From assembly GCF_009914755.1 (NCBI RefSeq), contig NC_060941.1: 64,000 nt of DNA; one strand, written 5' to 3'. The notes beneath the pieces were generated by a model. The model searched no databases, was not told the origin of the DNA, and saw nothing but the letters and a program-made list of their open reading frames with translations. The position numbers and the translations under genes are program-made. This DNA comes from the human T2T-CHM13v2.0 reference genome, Homo sapiens. Below are positions 30,310-44,079 of the stretch, piece by piece (the first letter of the stretch is position 1; every line of letters starts with the position of its first letter).

Positions 30310-31378
30310 GAGGTTGTTGCTAGAAGCACTTCTGTTCAACACTGTACTGGAGGTCCTAGTCAGTATAATGAACTGAACCAAGAACGCGGAATAAGTAAGA
30401 TTGGAATAGACATTGGAGAGGGGTAAAAGGATCCTTATTCACAGGTGACATAATCATTTCATAGTAAATTGTAAAGAATATGCAAAAAAAAACTCTACTA
30501 GAATAAGCTAATGTAGCATATTTGCAGCAATAAAACTTGGAAATGAATTGTTAATACCACTTTTCAATAGCACTGAAACCCAAAAATACTTAGAGATATA
30601 TTTTATTAAATGTTGAAGACCCATACCCTAAAAACTACAAAATATTCCAGAGAGAAATTTAAGAAGGCATAAACACATGGAGAGATATACTATGTTTACG
30701 GATTAGAAGACTCAATACTAAGATCCTCAAGTGGATTTATAGATTCAATGTAATCCCAATAAAAATCAGCAGGCTTGACCAGTTCATTCTAAAATTTTGC
30801 AGAATTCAAAGGACCTAAAAGAAAAAACGAAAAAAACCAACACAACCATTTTGAGAGCGGGAAGAACAAAGCTGGAAGACTTACAATCCCAGATTTTGAG
30901 ACTTACTATAAAGCTACACTGTAGCTTTATTACTGCAGCTGCTAGAATAATCATGTAATAGTAATCAAGACAGAGTGGAACTGGTATAAAGAGAAATATA
31001 AAGATCAGTGGAACAGAACAGAGCACAGAAATAGATCAAATAGATCCACGCTTTTTTGGATCCACTGATTTTCAACAAAGGTGCCAAGATAATTCCACAG
31101 AGAAAGAACAGGAATGCTGGAAAAACCGGACATCATCCAGGAAAAAGAATCCTCAGCCCCCATATACACCATCTTCAAAAATGAACCTGAAATGAACCAG
31201 AGGTCTCAATGTAAAAGATAAAAATAGAAGACATCCAAAAGAAAATGAAGAAAACTTTGGGGCAGACAAAGGTTTCTTAGGTTCTTAGACGGGACACAAA
31301 AAGCACAAATCTTATTTTTCTTTAAGTGATAAAATGGTCATTATCAAAATTTAAAACTTCTGTTCATCAAAAGACATG
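30310..31378 (+). mobile_element. Old L1M ORF2 relic
   Basis: ttcaacactgtactggaggtcctag; atttatagattcaatgtaatcccaat; gattttcaacaaaggtgccaag. Confidence 0.75.
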
Positions 31379-31380
31379 GC

Positions 31381-32540
31381 CCCACGTACACCAGTGTGAA
31401 CTCACATGAGCTTAGCACTGTCCCCGCCCCACCTGCACCAGCGTGAACTCACATGAGCTTAGCACTGTCCCCGGCCCACCTGCACCAGCGTGAACTCACG
31501 TTAGCTTAGCACTGTCCCCGGCCCACCTGCACCAGCGTGAACTCACATGAGCTTAGCACTGTCCCCGCCCCACCTGCACCAGCGTGAACTCACATTAGCT
31601 TAGCACTGTCCCCGGCCCACCTGCACCAGCGTGAACTCACATGAGCTTAGCACTGTCCCCGGCCCACCTGCACCAGCGTGAACTCACATGAGCTTAGCAC
31701 TGTCCCCGGCCCACCTGCACCAGCGTGAACTCACATGAGCTTAGCACTGTCCCCGGCCCACCTGCACCAGCGTGAACTCACATGAGCTTAGCACTGTCCC
31801 CGGCCCACCTGCACCAGCGTGAACTCACGTTAGCTTAGCACTGTCCCCGGCCCACCTGCACCAGCGTGAACTCACATGAGCTTAGGACTGTCCCCGGCCC
31901 ACCTGCACCAGCGTGAACTCACATGAGCTTAGGACTGTCCCCGGCCCACCTGCACCAGCGTGAACTCACATGAGCTTAGCACTGTCCCCGGCCCACCTGC
32001 ACCAGCGTGAACTCACGTTAGCTTAGCACTGTCCCCGCCCCACCTGCACCAGCGTGAACTCACATGAGCTTAGCACTGTCCCCGGCCCACCTGCACCAGC
32101 GTGAACTCACGTTAGCTTAGCACTGTCCCCGGCCCACCTGCACCAGCGTGAACTCACATGAGCTTAGCACTGTCCCCGGCCCACCTGCACCAGCGTGAAC
32201 TCACATTAGCTTAGCACTGTCCCCGGCCCACCTGCACCAGCGTGAACTCACGTTAGCTTAGCACTGTCCCCGGCCCACCTGCACCAGCGTGAACTCACAT
32301 GAGCTTAGCACTGTCCCCGCCCCACCTGCACCAGCGTGAACTCACATGAGCTTAGCACTGTCCCCGGCCCACCTGCACCAGCGTGAACTCACGTTAGCTT
32401 AGCACTGTCCCCGCCCCACCTGCACCAGCGTGAACTCACATGAGCTTAGCACTGTCCCCGCCCCACCTGCACCAGCGTGAACTCACATGAGCTTAGCACT
32501 GTCCCCGGCCCACCTGCACCAGCATGAACTCACATTGGCT
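31381..32540. repeat. 47-bp VNTR, ~25 copies
   Basis: Unit cccacctgcaccagcgtgaactcacatgagcttagcactgtccccgg. Confidence 0.97.
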
Positions 32541-34256
32541 GCTCTCCGCTGTTTTCTAAAGTTGCAGCAGATTCTATACAGCTGATACCAACATTCTTTT
32601 CTAAATAATTCCAGGCTAAAGCCGACAAGTCAAATATAGAAGTCAGGTGGCACGTGATAAAGAGATGAGGAAAAACACACTTCCTCACTCAGCTAGCAAC
32701 ACCTGCATTTAATCAGTTACTGACCAGTGTACCATTCTAAATAAAGGGAAAATAGCATGATTCAGGAATCTCTTGGTCACCACCATGCTCTGTGGTGAAA
32801 CGCTTTGGTCTCAAAACCACCCAAGACAAAGCACGTGGCCTCGTGTCCCCTTTCTGTTAAACGCATGCTGGGGAGGCGCCAGATCTCCTTCCTTCCACCC
32901 CCACGTCTCCCGACCTCCAGCAGCTGCAGGGAAGAGCTGGAAGGGAAAGTGGAAACCCAACCTTCATGGGTTAGATGGGCCGATGCTTCTGTAACACTCA
33001 CTAGCAGTGGGACACGGTGGGACAAAATGTGTCATCACAAAGGAGGTTGAAGTTGCCTTTCTCGATTTTCTGCAAATTAGCAATTTAAAAGTGCTTCCTC
33101 CCCTGTGGATTCTGCGCTGGTTCCTTCTACCTCGCCAGAGCAAACACCGGACCGTGTGTCTCTAACACCGGAGATGCCAGAGGGTACAGTGTGGGGAGGA
33201 CTCGCCTGATACGAGGTCCTGTGTCCCCACATTTCCTGTTGGACCTAAAGGCTAAACAGGGGTGAACGCACAAGAGGTTCCAGGCGTCCACTCCTGGAGG
33301 CAGAGTCCCTGATGTACTCAGGCAGCAGAGCAGCCCTCCTGGTCGTCTGCAGAAGAGCCCCCAGCGCAGGCCTCAGGTGGTCCCGGCCACAGCTCCTGGC
33401 CAGCTCAGCGGCAGCCTCCGCCCGGGGTCCTCCAGGCGGGCAGGCCCTGCTTCTGAATTCAGCATCGACTCCCTCCTAGAGGTGCTGCTCCACGGTTTCC
33501 TGAATAGTTTCTTGAACCGGAAATCAAGTCACCTCCAAGACCACACGGCGGTTCAGACGGAGTTCGCGAGACCACGCACAAGACAGGCGCGGACGTGGCC
33601 AGCAGAGCCCTCGCTCATCCGCCTCCAGTCTCCAAGTGAGGTGGGTTGCGTGTGGGGCCTCAGCTGTTGAGGGATAAACATCTGTGTCCTGTGTAGAGAC
33701 CGGGCTCTCTGTGCGGAGGGAAAAGCTGGCAACTGTGCAGGGCCCCAACCCCACCAGGAGAAGAGGACTCTGGCCCAGGGGTGAATCCACGCGTGTTAAC
33801 ACGCCCCCGGGGCTGAGACTGCGGAAGCTGCGGGTTCCTGGTGTGGGTCAGGCCTGGGTAAGGGGCCTGAGGGTCATGATGCCCGCAACATCGGCATGCC
33901 CTGGTCACCTTCTGCAGCCGGACAGGCAGACGCTGTGATGCTGAGGAGTGACCAGAACGCTGTGGCCACGGGGCCTGGGCCGTGCTGCTCAGGGGTGCAA
34001 AGCGCTCCAACTCCTGCCAGACACATCGGCCGGCACAGAGGGCAGCAAACGGCTACTGCTGGCCAGGATCAAAGCAGCCGGCAGCTGCAAGACCGCAGTC
34101 CTCGTTTCAGGAGCAAGACGTCCCCCAAGGTCGTGGGACCTAGTCAAAGGGCATGGAAGCCAGTCTGAAAGGTCCCTCGCTGGCCAAATCACAGACAGTG
34201 TGAACATCACAGTAAGTGACAGTAACTAATGATAACTCAAATAAAACAGAAACCAT

Positions 34257-34830
34257 GGAGTCCACACACACATAGAAACTGTGAAGTCCACACACACACA
34301 GACACCGCGGAGTCCACACACGGACACCGCGGAGAGTCCACACACACATAGAAACTGTGAAGTCCACACACACACGGACACCGCGGAGTCCACACACGGA
34401 CACCGCGGAGAGTCCACACACACATAGAAACTGTGAAGTCCACACACACACGGACACCGCGGAGTCCACACACGGACACCGCGGAGAGTCCACACACACA
34501 TAGAAACTGTGAAGTCCACACACACACGGACACCGCGGAGTCCACACACGGACACCGCGGAGAGTCCACACACACATAGAAACTGTGAAGTCCACACACA
34601 CACGGACACCGCGGAGTCCACACACGGACACCGCGGAGAGTCCACACACACATAGAAACTGTGAAGTCCACACACACACGGACACCGCGGAGTCCACACA
34701 CGGACACCGCGGAGAGTCCACACACACATAGAAACTGTGAAGTCCACACACACACGGACACCGCGGAGAGTCCACACACGGACACCGCGGAGAGTCCACA
34801 CACGGACACCGCGGAGAGTCCACACACACG
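34257..34830. repeat. Composite minisatellite (~76-bp higher-order unit of ~22-28-bp subunits)
   Basis: [agtccacacacacatagaaactgtga][agtccacacacacacggacaccgcgg][agtccacacacggacaccgcggag] repeated. Confidence 0.95.
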
Positions 34831-35604
34831 TAAGAAGAGCAGAGTCAAGGCGGGGCTGAGGGTATTCCAGGTGGAGGAGATCACAGAGACACAGTAACTA
34901 AATGCAGCGCGATTCTGAGCAGGGGTTTCTCCGACGGCACCACTGGGACAGCCTGGCCCGGCACCGGGTGCCAGTCGTGTCCGGGTGAGTACATCCCTGT
35001 CGTGACGGGAGGCCGTGGGCTGCAGGAGAATGTTCTTTGCAGGACGTACACACACGTACTCGGGGTGACATGCACGATGCTGGTGGCCTAAGCCAATGGC
35101 TCAGGGAGAACAAAAAGTTCTTTGCAGTATCCTTGAAACTTTCTGTGAGTTCTGATGGTTTCAAAGGGGAAAGAGAAATGAGCAAAAAGATGTAAACACT
35201 TTTCACAGAAAAGAAAACCCACATGGCCAAGAACAGAAGACGACGCTCACCATAACCCGTGACCAGGAAGTGCAAATCCAGGCACAGAGAGGCCCCCTTT
35301 GCTCCTGCTCAGCCAGCAAAAGTGAACCCCCCGGAATTCTAAGTGCTGGAGAACCAGCGAGAGCGTGGGTGTTCGCAGGCATCACTCTTCCGTGCCCTGG
35401 GAGCTGGCAATTCCACTTCCAGGTACAAAGCTAAGAGGAACCCACATGCACAGCCAGAGGTGTGTGGACAGGCCACAGCAGCACCATTCCTCAAAGCAAA
35501 AACCTGGTGGCAGCCCAAAAGCCTGTCCACAGGAGGAAAGACGGATGTACACGGCAGGTTTGCTCAGCAGAATGCTGTACAGCAGAGAAACCAAACAAAC
35601 CGCA

Positions 35605-36850
35605 GAGGACAGATACACAGAGCGGGGCAGGGAGCCTGCAGACAAACCCACCCTCAACAGACACACAGAGCGGAGTGGGGAGCCCACAGACAAACCCACC
35701 CTTCACAGATACACAGAGCAGGGCAGGGAGCCTGCAGACAAACCCACCATCGACCGATACACAGAGGAGGAAAGGGAGCCTGCAGACAAACCCACCATCG
35801 ACCGATACACAGAGGAGGGCAGGGAGCCTGCATACAAACCCACCCTCGACAGACACACAGAGCGGGGCAGGAGCCTGCAGACAAACCCACCCTCGACAGA
35901 CACACAGAGCGGGGCAGGAGCCTGCAGACAAACCCACCCTCGACAGACACACAGAGCGGGACGGGAGCCTGCAGACAAACCCACCCTCGACAGACACACA
36001 GAGCGGGGCGGGAGCCTGCAGACAAACCCACCCTTGACAGACACACAGAGCGGGACGGGAGCCTGCAGACAAACCCACCCTCGACAGACACACAGAGCAG
36101 GGCAGGGAGCCTGCAGACAAACCCACACTCGACAGACACACAGAGGAGGGCAGGGAGCCTGCAGACAAACCCACCCTCGACAGACACGCAGAGCAGGGCA
36201 GGAAGCCTGCAGACAAACCCACCCTCGACAGACACACAGAGGAGGGCAGGAAGCCTGCAGACAAACCCACCCTCGACAGACACACAGAGCAGGGCGGGGA
36301 GCCTGCAGACAAACCCACCCTCGACAGACACGCAGAGGAGGGCAGGAAGCCTGCAGACAAACCCACCCTCGACAGACACACAGAGGAGGGCGGGGAGCCT
36401 GCAGACAAACCCACCCTCGACAGACACACAGAGCAGGGCGGGGAGCCTGCAGACAAACCCACCCTCGACAGACACACAGAGCGGGGCAGGAAGCCTGCAG
36501 ACAAACCCACCCTCGACAGACACACAGAGGAGGGCAGGGAGCCTGCAGACAAACCCACCCTCGACAGACACACAGAGCGGGGCAGGGAGCCTGCAGACAA
36601 ACCCACCCTCGACAGACACACAGAGCGGGGCAGGGAGCCTGCAGACAAACCCACCCTCGACAGACACGCAGAGCAGGGCGGGGAGCCTGCAGGCAAACCC
36701 ACCCTCGACAGACACACAGAGCAGGGCGGGGAGCCTGCAGGCAAACCCACCCTGGACAGACACACGGAGGGGGGCAGGGAGCCTGCAGACAAACCCACCC
36801 TTGACAGACACAGAGCAGGGCAGGGAGCCTGCAGACAAAGCTACCCTCAC
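35605..36850. repeat. 47-48-bp VNTR, ~26 copies, continuous with an L1 ORF2 relic
   Basis: Unit gacagacacacagagcagggcagggagcctgcagacaaacccaccctc. Confidence 0.97.
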
Positions 36851-37171
36851 ACCGCCAAGTGATTTTCAACAAAGGCATCAGCACAATTCCATGGAGAAAA
36901 GAAAGCTCTTCAATAAATGGTGCTGGGACTGAATATTCACATGAAAAAAACTAACCTTGATATTTACTTCATGCCACATACGGAAATTAACTAGAGATGG
37001 ACAAGAGACGTCGATAGGACAGTCAAAACTAGAAGCTACCAGAAAAACACAACTTCTCCTTCGGGGTGAGCAAAAGTTTATTAGGAAAAAATTTAACTAG
37101 AAAACAGTAAATAAGTTGGACTTCACTGATGTTAACATCTTCTGCTCAAGACACCATTAAAATATGAAGAG

Positions 37172-37342
37172 GGGCCGGGCACGGTGGATCATGCCTGTAA
37201 TCTCCATGCTTTGAGAGGCTGAGACAGGAGGATTGCTTGTGCCTGGGAGGCTGAGGCTACAGTGAGTCGAGATTGGGCCACCACACTCCAGCCTGGGTGA
37301 CAAAGTGAGACGCTCTCAAAAAAAAAAAAAAAAAAAAAAAAA
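37172..37342 (+). mobile_element. Alu monomer (FLAM/FRAM) with long A tail
   Basis: Single Alu arm followed by an A run of about 25. Confidence 0.8.
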
Positions 37343-37449
37343 GCAAGCCACTTACAGGGAAAAAATATCCACAATCTATATACCTGACAAAGGACTTGTA
37401 TCTAGAATATGTCACAAAACTCTGTAACTCATTAATAGTAAGATAAACA

Positions 37450-37725
37450 GGCCAGGTGTGGTGGCTCACGCCTGTAATCCTAGCACTCTGGGAGGTCGAG
37501 GCGAGCAGACCACCTGAGCTCAGGAGTTCAAGACCAGCCTTGGCAACATGGGGAAACCCCATCTCTACTAAAATACAAAAAATTAGCCAGGTGTGGTGGT
37601 ATGCACCTGTAGTCCCAGCTACTCAGGAGGCTGAGGCAGGATTGCTTGAACCTGGGAGGCGGTGGTTGCAGTGAGCCAAGATCGCACCACTGCACTCCAG
37701 CCTGAGCGACAGAGTAAAACTTCAT
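37450..37725 (+). mobile_element. AluS lacking a poly(A) tail
   Basis: Alu body ends catctc, followed by non-A sequence. Confidence 0.85.
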
Positions 37726-37860
37726 CTCCCTCAGAACGACCTGCACGCTCCCGGCTCTGGTCCCATGGCAGCCGGGGATAAAAGGTAAGAGGTGAGATAT
37801 GGGCATTTCATGAAAGAAGATTTATGAATGGCCAATAAACCCACGAAAAGGTGCTCACCA

Positions 37861-38170
37861 GGCCGGGCGCGGTGGCTCACACCTGTAATCCCAGCACTTT
37901 GGGAGGCCGAGGCGGGCGGATCACGAGGTCAGGAGATCGAGACCATCCTGGCTAACACGGTGAAACCCCGTCTCTACTAAAAATACAAAAAATTAGCCGG
38001 GCGAGGTGGCGGGCGCCTGTAGTCCCAGCTACTCGGGAGGCTGAGGCAGGAGAATGGCGTGAACCCCAGGGGGCGGAGCCTGCAGTGAGCCGAGATTGCG
38101 CCACTGCACTCCAGCCTGGGCGACAGCGAGACTCCATCTCAAAAAAAAAAAAAAAAGAAAAAAAAAGAAA
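37861..38170 (+). mobile_element. Young AluY (AluYe5-like)
   Basis: CpG-intact, with gaaccccagggggcggagcctgcag and gggcgacagcgagac diagnostics. Perfect TSD gaaaaggtgctcacca. Confidence 0.88.
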
Positions 38171-39198
38171 AGGTGCTCACCATCACCAGCCATCAGGAAA
38201 ATGTCAAACCACAGTGAGACACACATCAGAGCTACTAGAATCATGAAAATTAAGGCCGACAGCATCAACGCCGCAGAGCCCACACTCTGCTGACGGGAAG
38301 GCAGAACAGTACGAACGCCGGAAAACTGTTCAGCAGGTTCCTTTAAGGTAAAAACACCTTTCCCTCTGATGTGCCAATTCCACCCCTAGGTACTTCCCAA
38401 GGTACATCCACAGAAAGACAGACAAGAATGTTAATGGCGTCTTTATTCTAGTAACCCGAACTGGAAACTACAGCATCGAAACAATCTCGGTGCAGTCACA
38501 GAAGGATGAGCAAACAGTAAGGAGCCACCAATACACAGCCACCAATACACAAGCTGTAACGCATGACCATCCGGCTGAGTGGAAAGAGAAACACGAGGGC
38601 ACGGCGTGCGGTTTCACGTACGCATGAAATTCAAGAGCTGGCAACAGAAGCCCTGGGGCTCCAAGTCAGGGCAGTGGCTGCCGTGGGGACCGGAGCCGGG
38701 AGCATGCAGGCCGTTCCGAGGGACAGAAGTCTCTGCACCTTGACTGGGGTGTGAGTTACACAGGCGTGTGAGCTGTCAAAACACACATTATCCATGTTGT
38801 ACACAAATTTCACACGGAAATCCTGCACTTCACTGCATGTAAATTCTACCTCAATTCTCCAAACCTGAATAAACTATAATGAGATGCAACAACGCGGATG
38901 GACCTTAACAATTATAAGGTTTAAAAGTTCCAGAATACTACAGTGGTACCCACTTTATAAAGTTAAAAAGAACTGAAGTTAAATTTTTTTTTTCAGATTT
39001 GTATAGATACCAGATAGTTATTTTAAAAGGACAGCAAGGGATGATGAGCGCGGAATTTGGGCTGACGGTTACCCAGGCGGAAGGAGGCAGGGGATAAGCA
39101 TCGTGGTCACCTGTGAGACGTGAGAAGACCGAGCTGGCTCTTGTGTCAGGTGGCAGGTCCATGGGTGTTTGTCACACGATGAAAACAAAAAATACAGG

Positions 39199-39639
39199 TG
39201 TGGAGTCCTAATTAGGGAAGAGAAGTCAGGCTGGGGGGAGCCGGGGAAGCAAAAAGAATTCGCAGATTGGCTATGTCTGCCTTTCCTCATGGTTCAGGAC
39301 ACAGCGCGTCTGCACGAATAACTCACCTAACTCACAATCCTCCTCCACCCAACGTATCACCAGATCCTCGGCTGAGAGGAAAATGCAACTTAGCTCCCTG
39401 CAACCCTGGCGTTACCAGCACCGCTCGTGGCCCTCTCCAGCGCAAGCACCACCTTTAAAACCCCCGGCAAGGCTCTGTCTCCTGCCAGTCAGCTTCTCTC
39501 TTGCTGACGCGCCCGTTGCTTTCTTGCAACCTATCTTCCTGCTTTCTCGAATAAATCTGCCTTTCTTGACCTACAACTGTCTTGGTAAATTCCTTTACCA
39601 CCTGCACCACTGGCCTCAGTTAGTCGCTACCCACGAAAA
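39199..39639 (+). mobile_element. ERV1 solo LTR (MER66-like)
   Basis: Starts tgtggagtcctaattaggga, TATA-like tttaaaa, AATAAA at about 39550, 4-bp TSD cagg. Confidence 0.75.
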
Positions 39640-40836
39640 CAGGTACAGTTATAATCACAGAGACAAGTAAAACGGGCCACGCGTGAACAAATGAGGAGAA
39701 TGTGTCCTGAACCAAGGGTCGTGATTAATTTGATTCTGGGCTCCTGAGATCCTAAGATCTAAATTTAAAAAGAAGAAAAAGAAATCATAGTGGAAGTTAG
39801 GAAACACAACTGAATAATAACTAGGGTTTTATATTCAAACCTTACGGACACCCCTACAGTACTAAGTTCTCCATGAGAGGAAAATCTTATGTTAGAAACA
39901 AAAGCCTGGAGAGGAGGGCCCAGCTCAAGGGTTAGGAACACAACTGCAGAATGAGCGCGAATAAAGCAGAAGCAAAACCACAGGTGGGAAAGTAAAGAAA
40001 TAAAGGGATTAGCGGAGAAGGAGGCAAAGGGCAGCTGTAGAGGTGGAAAGGAGAACAGCCTCTGACACGGGACAGGCCTTGGGCGTTGCAGGCTGTGCTC
40101 AGAGCACCTGCCGGCTTGTGAGGGTTCTAGACGGCACTGCTGCTCGGGGTCTGGGGCACGGCTACAGCCACATCCCTGTCCCCTCGGTTCAAGGATCGGC
40201 AGTGAGGATGAGAACGGCCAGGCTTGTCTGTAACCCTCCCCACAGCCCCGGCGATGACTCGACAATGCTGTAGAGCCGGCCGAATGGATGCAGAGCCTTT
40301 GGGCCGTCCCCGTCTGCAGCGCCCGCCCCGCCTTGGCCCTTCTCATCCCAGCCACATGGGCCCCTCTCCTCTCACCTGAGGCCCCAGTTCAGAGGCCTCG
40401 GGGCGGTTCCGGGAAGGCCATGTGGCTTCCTGTGCACGTGGACAGCCATGCGGCCGGTTCCCCAGTGAAGACGGGAGTCGGGGGACAGGAGGGTGGCAGA
40501 GGCTCTCCACCCTGGGAACCCTGAAGGGCGAAGGGAAAAGAAAACCTGGTCGGCTCAGAAGTAAGCAGCGCTCTCACAACCACCAGACCTCCTGGGTGAA
40601 GCCGCTCTGCAGATGTTTTCATAGACATTATGTTTGAACATCTCTAAGAGGACTGGAACCCAAATCATTATAATGAATGAGCTATTTAGAGGCTATTTTC
40701 TTTAAAAGCCAGGCTTCTTGTTTACTTTGTTTTATTCTACTAAAGTTTCCAAGAACACAGACAACCGAGACGAGAACACAGCAGTGTGTGCCAGGAGGAA
40801 ACGCCGCGTCAGGCACTGATCCATCAGAGGCCGGCA

Positions 40837-41123
40837 GGGAAGGGTGTAAACTCAGCGACGGCCGCCAGAGCACCCACGGGTCCCTCGCAGGACCAGAGTC
40901 ACGTTTTCCAGCGGGGAAGGGTGTAAACTCAGCAACGGCCGCCAGAGCACCCACGGGTCCCTCGCAGGACCAGAGTCACGTTTTCCAGCGGGGAAGGGTG
41001 TAAACTCAGCGACGGCCGCCAGAGCACCCACGGGTCCCTCGCAGGACCAGAGTCACGTTTTCCAGCGGGGAAGGGTGTAAACTCAGCGACGGCTGCCCGA
41101 GCACCCACGGGTCCCTCGCAGGA
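40837..41123. repeat. 77-bp tandem repeat, ~3.7 copies
   Basis: gggaagggtgtaaactcagcgacggccgccagagcacc... starting at 40837, 40914, 40991 and 41068. Confidence 0.95.
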
Positions 41124-41636
41124 CTGGCGCCACGTTTAGACAGGGCTCTGCGAGGACTCACCCCTCTGCCCCTTAGGAACCTGGCCATGGGACAGTCACG
41201 GGGGAGGCCTTCCACAGCCTTTCCAAGGACACCTGAGGCCACCTAATAGGCTCGAGGACAAGCCGTCTAGGCAGGTGTCACGTGACGAGAACGGTGTGCA
41301 GGGAGGCTCCACTCTGACTGCAGCAGGTGTGGGGTGGGTCCCAGGGAGGATGGAGATGCTTCATGAGCAAAAGGTGAAGATCTGTTTAAACCGTCCTCAG
41401 TTGCCAACGCTAGAGGTCAGGAACCGAATCTGTTCGACTGTAACGCCCTCTGCACATACTGGATCCAGAGTGAGTTTCAGGTGACGTTCACACTGGTCAG
41501 CTGGGCAAAACCCCAACGTCCTTCGAGGATGTTCACTCTCGTCCTCATCAACTCCACAGAGCAGCCAGCACCCGGGAAGGTGCCCACAGGCCCAGCCTCA
41601 CAACATCTGCAGACCTGCTCCTAAGCCAGGCACAGA

Positions 41637-42170
41637 AGCTGAACAACCGGGTCAGACCAGGCCAGGCCTCCGACGCAGACCGAACTCGGGAGCTGAACAA
41701 CCAGGTCAGACCAGGCCAGGCCTCCGACCCAGACCGAGCTCGGGAGCTGAACAACGGGTCAGACCAGGCCAGGCCTCCGACGCAGACCGAACTCGGGAGC
41801 TGAACAACGGGTCAGACCAGGCCAGGCCTCCGACCCAGACCGAGCTTGGGAGCTGAACAACGGGTCAGACCAGGCCAGGCCTCCGACCCAGACCGAGCTC
41901 GGGAGCTGAACAACGGGTCAGACCAGGCCAGGCCTCTGACGCAGACCGAACTCGGGAGCTGAACAACGGGTCAGACCAGGCCAGGCCTCCGACCCAGACC
42001 GAGCTCGGGAGCTGAACAACCAGGTCAGACCAGGCCAGGCCTCCGACGCAGACCGAACTCGGGAGCTGAACAACCAGGTCAGACCAGGCCAGGCCTCCGA
42101 CGCAGACCGAACTCGGGAGCTGAACAACCAGGTCAGACCAGGCCAGGCCTCCGACCCAGACTGAGCTCAG
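41637..42170. repeat. 53-54-bp VNTR, ~10 copies
   Basis: Unit gctgaacaac(ca/g)ggtcagaccaggccaggcctccgac(g/c)cagaccga(a/g)ctcggga. Confidence 0.95.
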
Positions 42171-42996
42171 GGGCCCAGCACACCCTAATCCTGTCACCCA
42201 AAGACAATAAAAAGCACCATTTTCCATGTGGTGGGTTGAGCTGTCCTTGGTGGATGCTGTCTTAGTGAGGAAAACATTGGATGGACCATCTGAGCATGAA
42301 AACATGAGCCCAAGGAAGGGTCAGGAGAGAGGGCTGAAGGTTCTGTGTAAGAAAACGGGAGAAATCTGAGGTGTTTTGGTCTAAGAAGAAAAGAGAAGAA
42401 AGAGACCCAGGCACCAGGACAGGAGTCATAGCAGCTGGTGCCGCCCTGGGGGTTCCGCCTTCCCGAGCTGGGCCGATAAATATGCAGTTTTACCCCGTCT
42501 GCACACGGGCACGCCTCTCCCAAACTTCCACATGTACCAGGAGCATGTGCAGAGGCTTCTGGTGATCAAGGAAAAGAGCTGGGTCAGGAGGAGAGGAACG
42601 GGCGGCTCCCGCGTAAATCCCCGCGTAGGCAGGAGCTCTGGGCCAGAGCGGCCTGGAGACGCTGAGCGGCACCCCAGGAATGCACAGAAGCCCCGGAACC
42701 TGGCCACAGAGGAGGGACAGATACAGATAAATGTTCCTGAAGTTTATTTTAAAGTAATTTTTAAATATCTATAGTTGAGTGTAGACTATACAAGCGACTA
42801 CCTGTTATTCAGTCATTTGTCCTGCTATTGAAAAGTCTTTATAAACATCACAGTGACTCCCCCATGGAGACCTGCCGGAAACTTCTCCACCGTGACCCTC
42901 CCGTCCCATGTTAACGTTTCTGTTTTCCATCACAGTCAACAACCTGAAGCTTCTTTGTATCCAAATCGTTCTCAGAGATGCCAAGAAGGAAGCTGA

Positions 42997-43388
<392 letters not shown>

Positions 43389-43472
43389 TAAGTTATCTAC
43401 ATTTTTAAAAGTGTTATTAGTTCAGTTTTTAAAAGAATCTCACTAATCTGTGTTTGAATACAAATGACTTAA

Positions 43473-43894
<422 letters not shown>

Positions 43895-44079
43895 TAAGGT
43901 TATTCATCTTTTAAGTACCATATTTTCCGATTTCATCCCAGTTTATCTTCATTTTGCTCACATCGCTCTCTGCTGTGCAATTTTACATTTTTATATATCT
44001 TACTTACCATGATTAACTCATTAAGTGCTACAGCAATTAAACAGCAACAACCTATTGACCTTAATTTTTAAGGTTGTCT

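Larger units (their letters stand above)
36850..38850 (+). mobile_element. Old L1M ORF2/3' UTR relic with three Alu insertions
   Basis: LFNKWCW motif at about 36910; ctgacaaaggacttgtatctagaata; 3' UTR-like segments. Confidence 0.75.

Noticed and set aside
31381-32540. CRISPR-like periodicity in this and other arrays
   Set aside because: Units are contiguous tandem copies without unique spacers, there are no cas genes, and the context is primate intronic DNA.
34140-35055. Cys-rich ORFs resembling metallothionein or keratin-associated proteins
   Set aside because: The Cys/Val content comes from (TG)n subunits of the minisatellite.
35343-36932. Multiple 390-530-aa ORFs on both strands
   Set aside because: VNTR artefacts; the only protein-like part is a dead L1 ORF2 motif.
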